Source: an uncultured virus (IMG/VR IMGVR_UViG_3300049744_000074) (taxonomy: Duplodnaviria; Heunggongvirae; Uroviricota; Caudoviricetes). Taken from it: a DNA stretch of 64,000 nucleotides. A model generated the notes under the pieces. The model was not told the DNA's origin, did not search any database, and saw only the letters and a list, made by a program, of their open reading frames with translations. This document shows, piece by piece, positions 39,033 through 49,600 of the stretch; position 1 is the first letter of the stretch; each line of letters opens with the position of its first letter. The position numbers were made by a program, and so were the translations under genes. Where the stretch lies: the IMG/VR virus record IMGVR_UViG_3300049744_000074, one strand, 5' to 3'.

Positions 39033-39734
39033 ATGACCATCCTCGAGGCCCGCGGCTGGGTCGGACAATTCGCGCGGAACCCCGGCATCTACGATGACGA
39101 GGAACGCGACCGCGCCATCCAGGTCCTGGGCAATGACTTCATCCTGCACACCCTCATGCCGCGTATCACCGGCGACATCACCGTCACCGCCGGCAGTGCG
39201 GCGATCGACGACTTCACGGCCGACGCCGGCGATCTCACCGGCTTCCGGCCGGAGCGGCTGCTGCGGGCCTACCTGCCCAGCCTCGACGCCGGCAGCCCCG
39301 ATCGGGCCTGGCTGGACGTCTCCGACTACGCGCGGATCCTCGAGGAGCGCACCCGCTGCCCACGCGATGGGATCCCGACGGCGATCGGCTTCGAATCGTC
39401 GTCGTCGGCGCTGGTCAATGCCGCGCCCACGGCCGACCTGGTCATCCGGTTTCTGTGGGTGCCGCCGTTTACCCCCTGGACCGCCGGCAGCAGCGACGGC
39501 GACGTGCTGGCCACCGAGCTCAACATCCCCACCGACCAGCTGCAGCAGGCGCTGACCTACGGCGCCACGGCGTTCCTGCAGCACAACGAGCCCGAGAGCC
39601 AGTATGCGGTCGCCAGCTGGCAGAAATATATCGCTTACCGCGACGACGCGGCGGCCAAGGCGGGCGGCCTCGGCGGCGGCCGCACCCGGATGTCCTCGCG
39701 CTTTGTGTGGCCGGACCGCCACCGGGGAAGGTGA
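39033..39734 (+). CDS. Head-tail adaptor-like protein
   Basis: G.P..I...APTAD...IP......L.YGA pattern of podovirus adaptors. Confidence 0.6.
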   Translation: MTILEARGWVGQFARNPGIYDDEERDRAIQVLGNDFILHTLMPRITGDITVTAGSAAIDDFTADAGDLTGFRPERLLRAYLPSLDAGSPDRAWLDVSDYARILEERTRCPRDGIPTAIGFESSSSALVNAAPTADLVIRFLWVPPFTPWTAGSSDGDVLATELNIPTDQLQQALTYGATAFLQHNEPESQYAVASWQKYIAYRDDAAAKAGGLGGGRTRMSSRFVWPDRHRGR

Positions 39735-39737
39735 GCC

Positions 39738-41780
39738 ATGGGCGCGAGGTCCGGCAGGAATTACGGCACGACGGGGATCATCGACCTGGATCCCAGCCCG
39801 ATCGGCACCATGCAGATCGAGGTCGACGTCTTTGGCCTGGCCGCGGCCCTGGCGGCGTCCATCGTCGACGTCACCGGTCCGGGCGCTAACTTCGCCAACA
39901 AGGTCTATGGCTCGAACGTGGGGGGCGGGGGAACGGTCACGGGAAAGGTCCAGGCCAACCAGCGACCCTTCCCCATCACCATGCGCAACCTGCAGGGCAC
40001 CCTGACCCACACCCTGCACGACAGCTGCACGATCGCCTTCCCGGTCCTGATCAAGGTCGTGAGCGTCAAAAAGGACAAGCGCAGCGCGGATATCTGGAAC
40101 GTCGAGGCGGAGTGGGTCAAGAACGGCGCGGAGACCGTCAACTGGGCGGGAACGGCGCCCACCTATGTCCAGCCTTCGCTGACCGCCGGCCAGCTCAACG
40201 CCGGCAGCGACCGCACCTCCGACCCGCGCGACCTGGCCCAGTCGGCGACCGTCAAGTACTTCCTCCCCACGCCGGCGGCCGGCACCAACTCCGGGTACAC
40301 GGATTTTGCGACGATCGCCGCGATCGACACCTTTATCTCCACCGCCGTGGCGCCGCGCGACGGGCTTAAGGCGGTCTCCTCGAGCTTCGTCCGCTTGGAT
40401 GATGCCGCCGGGATCCTGCTGGTCCGCTGGGCCTTCAACGACACCGTCGACAATTACCAGCTGCCCAACACCTGGACGTCGATCGATGACCAGGGCCTGC
40501 AGAGCGCGGCGAGCATCGGCGTGGTCAACGGCACGGGCAACACGCCCAGCGGGTTTGTGCTGCGCGCCGAAACCGTGCGCACCATCACCAACGGCACCGG
40601 CACGCACAGCAGCTACCTCACCGTCTCCCAGTTCGGGCTGCGCAACACCGTTGAGGATCTCGAGTTCCCCGGGACCTATACCGACATCGACGACAACGGC
40701 CTGCGCACCAGCGGCCGCAAAACCACCGTCCACGACACCAGCACGCCGCCTTCGGATCCCACGCCGCCCTCGGGCACCAAGATCGTCGGCAAGACGACGT
40801 TTAAGCTGACCAGCGCCGGCACCGCCAAGAGCTACACGGTCTGGGAATTCGGCACGCGCGACAGCAAGGACGAGTATGAGCTCTCCAACACCTGGGAGCA
40901 GGTGGATCCGCAGGGACTCGACAGCGCCGCGATGACCGCCACGGTCGACGCCGACCCGTCGCTGCCCGCCGGCTACGTCTCGCGCGGGCTGCGCACCAGC
41001 ACGATCACCGGGGTGGGCGGGCACGTGCTCAAGATCATCAGCGGCGGACTCTCCAGCACCGCCGACGACGTGCTCAACGCCGGCAACGTTTCCACTCGCT
41101 CGGCGCTGGAGGCCTTCACGCGCGTCACCCTGGAGCTCGTCGACACCACCGACTCGACCGAGGATGTCGCGGTCGACAACTGGGCGGCCTTCCAGGCCAC
41201 CGCGTTCGCCTACCGCATGACCGTCCGCAAGATCCGGCCGGGCAAGGCCCTGATTACCCGCGAGTTCCTGGATCCGGGCGTCGGCGTGGTCTCCGATGTC
41301 TACGGGCTGCCCCAGTACCAGGTCGCGCGCAACAATGACGGGACGGTCGAGGTCTTCGTCCGCCAGGTCCTCACGCGGGGCTCGGGCCTCAGCTGGCTGC
41401 GCCTGGGCCGGTCGAACCGCCGGCGGGTGGCGCGCGAGTTCACCCTGTCGCGCCTGTTCAGCGGCACGACCGTGCCCGATCACCAGGACCTGGTCGAGAC
41501 GTGCAACAACGCGACCTTCCTGGGTTTGCCCGAGGGCAGCGTGATGTACCTCTCCGGCAAGGTCCGCACCAATATTGCGCTCTCGGGCACTTACCCCTTC
41601 TGGATGGATTACCGGTTCCTCTGGATCTCCGGCGGGCATTACTCGATCGACGGGTGGGGCCCGGTCATCCACACCAGCGCCTCGATTAGCGCGGGCTGGG
41701 TGGACGCCTCGACCCTCACCGGCTCGGGCATCGTCGCGTCGGTTCCGGACGAAAGCGACTTTTCCCCTTTTCTGAGCTGA
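39738..41780 (+). CDS. Putative tail structural protein
   Basis: Thr/Gly-rich, with internal repeats (NTWTSIDDQGLQS / GTYTDIDDNGLRT / NTWEQVDPQGLDS). Confidence 0.55.
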   Translation: MGARSGRNYGTTGIIDLDPSPIGTMQIEVDVFGLAAALAASIVDVTGPGANFANKVYGSNVGGGGTVTGKVQANQRPFPITMRNLQGTLTHTLHDSCTIAFPVLIKVVSVKKDKRSADIWNVEAEWVKNGAETVNWAGTAPTYVQPSLTAGQLNAGSDRTSDPRDLAQSATVKYFLPTPAAGTNSGYTDFATIAAIDTFISTAVAPRDGLKAVSSSFVRLDDAAGILLVRWAFNDTVDNYQLPNTWTSIDDQGLQSAASIGVVNGTGNTPSGFVLRAETVRTITNGTGTHSSYLTVSQFGLRNTVEDLEFPGTYTDIDDNGLRTSGRKTTVHDTSTPPSDPTPPSGTKIVGKTTFKLTSAGTAKSYTVWEFGTRDSKDEYELSNTWEQVDPQGLDSAAMTATVDADPSLPAGYVSRGLRTSTITGVGGHVLKIISGGLSSTADDVLNAGNVSTRSALEAFTRVTLELVDTTDSTEDVAVDNWAAFQATAFAYRMTVRKIRPGKALITREFLDPGVGVVSDVYGLPQYQVARNNDGTVEVFVRQVLTRGSGLSWLRLGRSNRRRVAREFTLSRLFSGTTVPDHQDLVETCNNATFLGLPEGSVMYLSGKVRTNIALSGTYPFWMDYRFLWISGGHYSIDGWGPVIHTSASISAGWVDASTLTGSGIVASVPDESDFSPFLS

Positions 41781-41781
41781 C

Positions 41782-42636
41782 ATGGACTCGATCCCCGAAA
41801 CCTCCTCCGCGCCCGCGACGCCGGCGGCCCCCGAATCCGCCCCGCCCCCCCCACCCCCCCCACCGCCGCCGACCGCCACTTCGCCGGCGGCGCCGGACGT
41901 GGGAGGGGGAGATGGGGAGCTGCTCCGCCGGCTGGCGCTCCGGCTGGCGCTCCTGGGGGCCCAGCTGCTCGAGCAGAAGGCGGCGATCGCCGCGGCGCAG
42001 CGCAGGATCGAGGAGCAGCGCGCTGCCGCGGCGGCCGCGGGCAAGGAGCTGGGGGAACTGCGGGCCACGGTGCGCGAATCGGGGGAGAGCGTCTTCCGAA
42101 ATTTCCGGCAGCTGGCGGGGCGGGTGGAGGAACTCGACGGCGACGAGGAGCTGCCCAGCGACGAGGTCCTGCCGCGCGTGTTCGTGGCCGATGTCGACGC
42201 CGATGGGACTTTCACGGAGATGACCGTTGTCGGCGGCAGCCTGGTGAACTACACGGATGGCCGCGTCTGCAGCGATGTCGGAGATCCGTCCAAGGTGATC
42301 GACCTCGCCGGCAGCCAGGCGGTCCTCCTGGAAGTCGTCGATCCGCCGGACCATCGCTACGTGCGGATCCGCGGCGGCGAGCCGCTTATTGAGGTGTACC
42401 TGGACAAGGTGGGCGGAGCGGATGGCGATGGCACTACGGCGGCCACCTGGACCTATGACGCGTTTTCCGATGCGGCCATGACAGACCTGATTGAAGCGGC
42501 CGTGTCGCTGGCCACCCCCCGCGCCATGGCAGCGCCCTGCACGCCCGCCACTTCGGGGATCGGCCGGCGCACGGAAAGCGGGTTCCGGCTGCTCATCGCC
42601 TTCGAAGTCTTCCAGATGGGCTGCGACGACGAATGA
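41782..42636 (+). CDS. Hypothetical structural protein (coiled coil plus beta domain)
   Basis: Operon position; coiled coil. Confidence 0.55.
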   Translation: MDSIPETSSAPATPAAPESAPPPPPPPPPPTATSPAAPDVGGGDGELLRRLALRLALLGAQLLEQKAAIAAAQRRIEEQRAAAAAAGKELGELRATVRESGESVFRNFRQLAGRVEELDGDEELPSDEVLPRVFVADVDADGTFTEMTVVGGSLVNYTDGRVCSDVGDPSKVIDLAGSQAVLLEVVDPPDHRYVRIRGGEPLIEVYLDKVGGADGDGTTAATWTYDAFSDAAMTDLIEAAVSLATPRAMAAPCTPATSGIGRRTESGFRLLIAFEVFQMGCDDE

Positions 42637-44801
42637 GCAAGATCCAAAAGACCGCCAGCGGCAAGATCGTGCGAACGCCCAGCGGCAAGATCGCGCCTTG
42701 CGGCTGCATCAACTGCTTATCGGCTCCCACGTGCTCGGATTGCCCCGCCACCCTGTGGGTGACCTTCAAAGATGTGCAGGTCGCGCTGAGTGATTGTGAG
42801 TGCCAGCAGTTCGGCTTCATCGATCTAGGGGTCGGGATCGGGGGCGGCACCCACTGGCAGAATTATCAGTTCCGCGTGAACGCTCTCACGATCAATGGCG
42901 TGCCGTACCAGCTGACATTCGATGAAGCCAGTTCCGGGGGCGACCTGTGTTTTTGGCGTGGGGAAATCCCGTGCGACATCGATCTGTGGGGGCCGCGTCA
43001 GTATGACGATGAATCCGAGTTTGACGGGACTTGCGCATCCGACCCGGCCGCGAACTACGGGGTGAACATCACGGCGGTGCAGATCACGCTGATCAAGTCG
43101 CGGTCGACGGGAGGGGCGACGATCCGCGTCATGGCCACCGCCAGGAATGTCCCGGTCATCTACCGCATCCTGGGCGTCAATCATTTCGACGGGGTGCGCG
43201 ATATCAACTTCCCGCATCCGAATGGATTCTTTTTCGGTGTGGCCGGGCCCACCAGCTGCTTTGAAGATACCCTGATCTGCAACACGGTCATCCCCTACGA
43301 TCAGCCCTACGTCAATATCGGCGGCGAAAGCGGGATTCCTTTTGGCCCTGATTTCGGTCTGGAGTGCCACGATGTGGACCTGCAGACGATCGGCATCGGC
43401 GACGGCTGCGCGCTGATCAAGACCACCTCTGACGAAATCCTGGACATGGACTGCAGCTCGTGCGGGTTCCTGCCGTTCATGCAGGCGCGGGATTGCCACA
43501 CGGGCGAACTTATCGATGTCTGGATGTTCACCTGGGATGCCCTGGGGCGCTATGCCAGCTTCCACGTGATCGGCTCCTCGCCGGTTATCTGCGGTTACTT
43601 CGACCCGGCGGATACTCCGACCCTCACCCTTGGCGGTACGTACTATTCCCACTTCCAGGTCAGCCCGCAGCGGGGATGCGGCAACTGCCCCGAGTACCGG
43701 CAGGCCCGCAGGTGCGACACCGGCGAGCTGGGGGACGTGTGGATGGGCAACCTCGATGCCCTCCTCGCCGGAGTCTTTTACCTGCCGACCGCTCCCTATG
43801 ACTGCTTTCGCTTCGATGCGTCCGATCCGACGCACGACGCCCCGGGCGGGACGATGTATTCCCCCGAGACGGTTGTACCCTCGCTCTTTCCCTGTAATCG
43901 CTGCCCCGGCTACCTGCAGGCATTGAAGTGTTCTGACAATTCCCCGGTCGATTGGTGGATGAAGCTTCCGGAAGCCAATGCCATCGGCTTCAATGAGTCG
44001 TTTACCGTCAACACGGGCGCCGGCGGGGACGGGGTGACTTGTTACCACTTCCGCAGTGGTGAGACGATCGAAGCGATCCCCGGCACGCTCATTGACCCCA
44101 CCACCGACATCACGCTCCGCGGCCCCTGTTCCGATTGCCTCAAATACTGCTATGCGGAATTCATCTGCATTTTCAGTTGCACCACCAACACCTGGGGCGA
44201 TGTCACGCTCAGCGCCATGCACTGCTACACGGCAGCAGACGCGCCGCCAGTTCTGGACACGTGGGATGTAGGCAGCGCATCGGGCGGTGTGGCTGCCGCA
44301 ACGTACTGGCGAAAGCTGGACACGGAATGTCAGGCGGACGGGGACTGTCCGGAAGATGCGGGCGATCCGCCCTCCGCGCCGATCGTCGTGCCGGGCGGAT
44401 GCGAACCGACCGACCCTGGGGACTGCCCCACCGCCGAGGAGGAGAACACCAACTGCCCGCACTACCTGACGATCACGTTCAGCGGGACCGGCACCTCCAA
44501 CTGGGACGGGCAGACCTTCTTCGCCTTTCAGGACATCGACTGTGACTGGTTTGCCGAGAACAACGACCCCGACTTCGACCTTGTCGCCGTGGATGTGTTC
44601 TGTGGCGGGTGCGGCGATCTTGGCGGCGACTCCGACCATTGGTATTGGAACGTCTCGTCGGAGGATGGCAACAGCGTGGCGTTGATCGCGGATCGCACTT
44701 CGACCAACGCGGAATGCCCGCCGACCGACCCCGGCCTATGGACGGTGGTGTCCTCCACCTTCTCGCCGGGCTTCACCTTCGGCATGGGGAGTCATTCGTG
44801 A
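42633..44801 (+). CDS. Cysteine-rich repeat protein (possible fibre/receptor-binding protein)
   Basis: Many CxxC; three repeats QARDCHTGELIDVWM / QARRCDTGELGDVWM / QALKCSDNSPVDWWM. Confidence 0.6.
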   Translation: MSKIQKTASGKIVRTPSGKIAPCGCINCLSAPTCSDCPATLWVTFKDVQVALSDCECQQFGFIDLGVGIGGGTHWQNYQFRVNALTINGVPYQLTFDEASSGGDLCFWRGEIPCDIDLWGPRQYDDESEFDGTCASDPAANYGVNITAVQITLIKSRSTGGATIRVMATARNVPVIYRILGVNHFDGVRDINFPHPNGFFFGVAGPTSCFEDTLICNTVIPYDQPYVNIGGESGIPFGPDFGLECHDVDLQTIGIGDGCALIKTTSDEILDMDCSSCGFLPFMQARDCHTGELIDVWMFTWDALGRYASFHVIGSSPVICGYFDPADTPTLTLGGTYYSHFQVSPQRGCGNCPEYRQARRCDTGELGDVWMGNLDALLAGVFYLPTAPYDCFRFDASDPTHDAPGGTMYSPETVVPSLFPCNRCPGYLQALKCSDNSPVDWWMKLPEANAIGFNESFTVNTGAGGDGVTCYHFRSGETIEAIPGTLIDPTTDITLRGPCSDCLKYCYAEFICIFSCTTNTWGDVTLSAMHCYTAADAPPVLDTWDVGSASGGVAAATYWRKLDTECQADGDCPEDAGDPPSAPIVVPGGCEPTDPGDCPTAEEENTNCPHYLTITFSGTGTSNWDGQTFFAFQDIDCDWFAENNDPDFDLVAVDVFCGGCGDLGGDSDHWYWNVSSEDGNSVALIADRTSTNAECPPTDPGLWTVVSSTFSPGFTFGMGSHS

Positions 44802-45259
44802 GCATGCCCCTGATCTTCCAGATCCCCGGCCTGGAGAAGGCCGCTCCTCTCTGGCGCAACGCTCTGGAGGACTGGGTGAGCAATCACGGGGCGGTGGTGA
44901 CTGAAACGACGATCACCTTCCCCGACGGCTACAACCCCCTCAGCTTCATCAGGGGCAGGACGGCCGCTGCAGCAGCTCGACAGATGGCGGCGAGGGTCGG
45001 CTCTCCGCCCCCATCCGCGCCCGCCCTGGTTCGCGCGAAAGCGCCGCCTCCGCCGCGCATCTTCTCGCCGGAAGAGATGGACCTGGCTGCCGGCCGTGCG
45101 GCCATCTGCCGCGCCTGTGACCAGGTCCGGAGCGTGAAGCCCCCCGAGTACTTCGTGGCGGGAAAGAAATTCGTCTCCTGCATCGTCGGCTGCAACCGCT
45201 GCGGGTGCGGCGGCCTCGACCTGCTGGGCAAGGGAAACTGCCCGCTGGGGAAGTGGTAG
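44798..45259 (+). CDS. Small Cys-rich protein
   Basis: R.AICRAC...CNRCGC...CPLGKW; GTGA coupling. Confidence 0.6.
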   Translation: MSMPLIFQIPGLEKAAPLWRNALEDWVSNHGAVVTETTITFPDGYNPLSFIRGRTAAAAARQMAARVGSPPPSAPALVRAKAPPPPRIFSPEEMDLAAGRAAICRACDQVRSVKPPEYFVAGKKFVSCIVGCNRCGCGGLDLLGKGNCPLGKW

Positions 45260-45272
45260 GAGGATGGGCGCC

Positions 45273-45317
45273 GGAAAAATTCGCGGCATTCGGTAGAGCT
45301 CAGCTTCGGATAGTAGG
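45273..45317 (+). promoter_or_regulatory. Putative phage late-promoter motif, copy 2
   Basis: GGAAAAAT-N22-GCTTCGGATAGTAGG. Confidence 0.6.
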
Positions 45318-45326
45318 GGAAAGGCG

Positions 45327-46604
45327 GTGAGCTCCATGGCCAGAAACAGCCCTCCCTATGGGTCCAGCGGTCCCCAGGACGAGGCAGACATTCCGATGGG
45401 AGTGCTGCAGCAGGTCGGCGCGGGAGGCGGGGCGGCCGTGGCTCCGCGGCCGATGGTCAACTCCGGCGGCGGGTTCGGGGTGAACCGGATCGCCGGCGGC
45501 GGCGCGTACAACCCGGCGGTCGCCAACACCGCCGGCGACGTGCAGTCCTACCGGCGCAACTTCGGCCATCAATGGCTCAAGGCCAACCCCGGCGGTGATC
45601 CGGGCGATTTCGAATCCGCCCTCCAAGCCGATCCCACCTTCCAGAAGCTCACCACGGCCAGCCGCGGGGCCCAGCAGGCTCACGTGGAAGGGACCAGCCA
45701 GCCGGCCTATGACCAGCTGCAGGCGGCGATCCAGTACCTCACCAACTCCGCCGGGGCGGTCAGCACCGACGCCGGCAGCCGGCGGGTCGCGGCCCAGGGG
45801 ACGGCGGCGCGCGACGTGGGCCAGGGGAACCTGTACAACGCCCAGGCCTATGACACCTCCATGCTCACCGGCGCCAAGCGGGGGGCCCTCGAGGCCGACA
45901 CCGCGCGCAACCTCGCCACGACGCCCGGCGCGGCGCGGCAGGCGAATGCCCAGGGGGCACTGACCGAGGCCCAGGCCGGGAACGTCGCGGCCCTCACGCC
46001 CGCCCAGGTGGCGGCGCAGCAGGCTCAGGCCAGCGCCGCCCAGGCCGGCGCCGATCGCACGCGGGCACTCATCCAGCCGGAGGCGGCCGGCGCCGCGGCG
46101 GTTGCCGGCAAAACCCGGGCGGAAACCGGAGCGATCGAGCAGGACACGAAACTCCGCCCGGAGATCGTCCGCGCTACCCAGGCCCTCGCCGGCCAGGACC
46201 GCGACCTGCAACAGCAAAAGACCCGGTCGGAAATCGTGAAGAACCTGCGCGATCCGATCACCGGGGAAGTGAGCTCGATCGCCGCTTCCTCGCCGGCGGG
46301 AAGTGCCGGCGCTACCGCGCCCGCGGCGGCCGCCCCGGCTCCGCCCGATCGCGGAATGTTCGGCAGGGTGATGGACTCGCTTGCCGGGGCTTACCGCGTG
46401 GGCGGCGCGGCCCCCGTCGCTGAGCGGGTGATGAACGCGCTTACCGGGGGCGGCGCGGCCCCGGTCTCGGCGCCGATGGCGCAGGCGCCCACGCTGCAGC
46501 GCCGCCAGCTCCCCGACGGCCGCATTATCGAAGTCAGCCCGGACGGCAGCGTCAACCAGGTGATGCCCGATGGGACCCGCCGGCTCCTGAAGGTGACCCA
46601 GTAA
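45327..46604 (+). CDS. Internal virion / DNA-ejection-like protein
   Basis: Ala/Gln/Gly-rich helical protein directly before the giant gene. Confidence 0.55.
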   Translation: MSSMARNSPPYGSSGPQDEADIPMGVLQQVGAGGGAAVAPRPMVNSGGGFGVNRIAGGGAYNPAVANTAGDVQSYRRNFGHQWLKANPGGDPGDFESALQADPTFQKLTTASRGAQQAHVEGTSQPAYDQLQAAIQYLTNSAGAVSTDAGSRRVAAQGTAARDVGQGNLYNAQAYDTSMLTGAKRGALEADTARNLATTPGAARQANAQGALTEAQAGNVAALTPAQVAAQQAQASAAQAGADRTRALIQPEAAGAAAVAGKTRAETGAIEQDTKLRPEIVRATQALAGQDRDLQQQKTRSEIVKNLRDPITGEVSSIAASSPAGSAGATAPAAAAPAPPDRGMFGRVMDSLAGAYRVGGAAPVAERVMNALTGGGAAPVSAPMAQAPTLQRRQLPDGRIIEVSPDGSVNQVMPDGTRRLLKVTQ

Positions 46605-46605
46605 C

Positions 46606-49600
46606 ATGGTGCGAATCGGTGACATCGACCCGGGGTCGCTGCTGACGGTGTCGGCCGCCGATCTCGCTGCGGCCCAGCCGATCGCCCCGGCCGCGGCCGC
46701 TCCGGGAATCGCTCCGGTACAAATGTATAATACATCTGTACCTTCCGGCGGCACGGTCAGCATGCGGGACCTGCAGGCGGCGCCGACGATCAACGCGTGG
46801 GGCGGTGGCGGGGACTCGATCTCCCTGGCGGACCTGCACGCCGCGGCGCCGCTCAACCTCGACCAGCAGCTGGACGTCGAAGGGCGCAGCTACTGGAAGA
46901 ACCGCATCGATCCGATGGCCGCCCTGCCCGACGACCAGGCCAAGGCGCTCACGCCCGACCTCTCCCTCTACGTCCATCACTTTTCCAACGCGCCCGACGC
47001 GGACCAGGCGTTTGGCGCCCTGGGCACGCGCGGAATCGCGCTTTCAGAGGCCGACAAGCAGTCGCTGCTCCACCAGCTGCAGCGGGCGAATGCGGCGTTC
47101 GATCTGGCAGCCATCCAACAGGGGCGCGGACCCACTGCTGAAGCGGCCAGGGCGCAGCTACGCGCAGCCTCTGCGGCCGGCGAGGCTCAGACAGAATCTC
47201 CCGTGGGAATCGCCGCGTCCCAGCTTGCGCACGGCATCTCCAACGTTGCCGCGAAATTCGTTGTCAATCCGGCACTGCAGGCGCTTGGCGTGGAGACCGC
47301 TGACGCACAGCGAGAGCGCGTGCTCCAGGACCAGGCCCTCCAGGAAGCCCAGGCGCAGCAGTACCCGATCACCGCCGCGGCGGCCAAGGGGGTCGGATCG
47401 GTGGCATCGCCCGAATCGCTCGCGGGCATAGCGATCACCGGGGGGCTCGGGGAGCTGGCGGGGCCCGCGACGCGCCTGGGCCGCGCGGCGCTGACCGCGG
47501 CCGAGGGCGGGGGATACGGCGCCGGCGTGATGCCCGTGCAGCAGGCGGCCGAGGGGCAGACGGTCACGCCGGCCGACGTGGCGCGGGATTTCGCGGTGGG
47601 GGCGGGCGGGGCGCTGGCCGGCAAGGCCGGGGGCAAGCTCGTTGAGGGGCTCGCGGGCGGCACGGCCCCGGCGGTGCAGGCGGGCGCGAAGTTCGTGGGC
47701 GGAGCGGCCACGTCCGGCGCGGTGAACGTCGGCGCGGGTGCCGGGATCGCCGCGAGCCAGGGACGCGCGTATTCCTCTGCCGACGCGGTGCGCGATTTCA
47801 TCTCCGGCGCGGCCATGCATGTGCCTGGCGGGCTGCCGGAAGCCCTGGCGACCCTGCGCGCGGCCCGCGACCGCGTGCGGTCGATCGACCCCAACAACTC
47901 GCTGGTGGTGCGGCTCGACAGTGAGATCGCCCGCCACGCGCTGGAGACCGGCCATGGTGATCAAGCAGGCGGCGGCGCCGTTCCTGAAAGTGCTGGACGA
48001 GGAGGACCAGGACCGGCGCCTGGGGGAAATCCCGACGCTGCTCGAGGTGCGGAACAATCCCCGCTGGCATCGCCCGCGGCGGAAGCTGACGCTGGAGGAG
48101 ATCATCGAGATCTGCCGTCCGTACCCGCGCCGCAAGCCTTCACGCCGGAGCAAGAAGCGCATAGCGCGTTGAAGAACGGGCCCGCGTCGCTCCCGCCGGT
48201 ACCGGCGGGCATGGTCCGTTTCTTCCACGGCGGAGTGCCCGGCGACGGCCCGCGGTGGCTCACGCCCGATTATCGCTACGCCCTGGGCTATGCCGAGAAG
48301 AGCGGTCACGGCGCGGGCGTGCAGTACATCGACGTGCCGGAGAATCATCCGAGCTTGTCCAAGGAATATGACGACACCGGCACCAACATGCCGGCGCCGT
48401 TCGCTTCGTTCGAGGCCCCCAGCGAGCTTACCCACGGGCTCAAGCCGGTGGCGGAGTCGACGCCGCGGCTGTCGATCGCGCGTAAGACCGGGCTGACGCC
48501 CGAGCAGACGCGCGTCCAGGATGAGCTGATCGACCGCGTGAATTCCCCCGAGGCCGACGCGATCTACGACCAGATCCCCGACGCGTACGGCGGCAAGGTG
48601 ATCGGCACTGACATTGCCCGCTTCATGCACCCCGCCTACCACACCGTCGAAGGGCGGCGCGAGTTCACGGCTGCAACTTCCCGCGCCGCGAGCGTGTATG
48701 CATTTGACCGGCTGCGCCGCGCGATCGAGAAGCCTCCGGTCAGGCCCGACGGCGAGCGGCCGCTCCTGATGTTCACGGCCGGCGGCGTCGCCTCCGGCAA
48801 GAGCTCCGCGATCGGGCCCGAGACCCTCGAGCGCGCCGACCTGGTTTCCGACGGACAGATGAAGAACCCGGCGCAGGCGATCAAGGAGATCAACCTGGCG
48901 CTGCAGCACGGCTGGGACGTCGACGTCCGCTACGTGCACCGGCCTTTCCCCCTGGTCGTCGAGGGAGCCATCCATCGCGGAATCACCACCGGCCGGTGGG
49001 GCCCGCTCTCCGAGCTACCGGACCTGCACATGCAGGCGCAGGATTCCTTTGACCAGGTCGCGCGGCATTTCGCCGGCAATCCGCACGTCGATTCCAAGAT
49101 CGTCGTGAACGAGGGAACGGCCCAGACGCCGGCGGCGCCGCGGCTGGCCAATCGGTCGGACCTCGCAAAATCGGGCGTTTTACGCTATAGTGACAGAAGT
49201 GCTCTCGAAAGGTCGGTCCATGAAAAGTACGCCCAAGCCCGCGCCTCCGGCAAATACCCCGCCGAACTTCTCGACCGGCTCGGCCAAGGCCTCCATGACG
49301 CCGGAGCAGCTGCACCGGCGCCGGCAGCGCAGCCAGCAGCTCGACCAGGCGATCTTGAACACGCTGGCCCGGACCAGCAAGGCCCAGTAAGCCAGGAATC
49401 CAGCCATGGCAGCCAAGCAATCGAAGCAGGCCCCCCCGCCGCCGCCGAGCAAATCGGTGCTGGCGGTCTACCGCCACGAGCCCAACGATCCCCAGGGCAA
49501 CCAGAAGCGGTCCAGCCAGGCCCTGTCGCGGATGATGGAGCACGTCGTGCAGCAGAACGCCGCGCCCGCAGCGTCGCCGGGATCCAAGAAGCCCTCAAGT

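Noticed and set aside
36798..42215. 1805-aa minus-strand ORF
   Set aside because: Antisense shadow of GC3-rich plus-strand genes; no motifs or RBS
42633..44801. Diversity-generating retroelement target
   Set aside because: No reverse transcriptase and no template/variable repeat pair seen in the window
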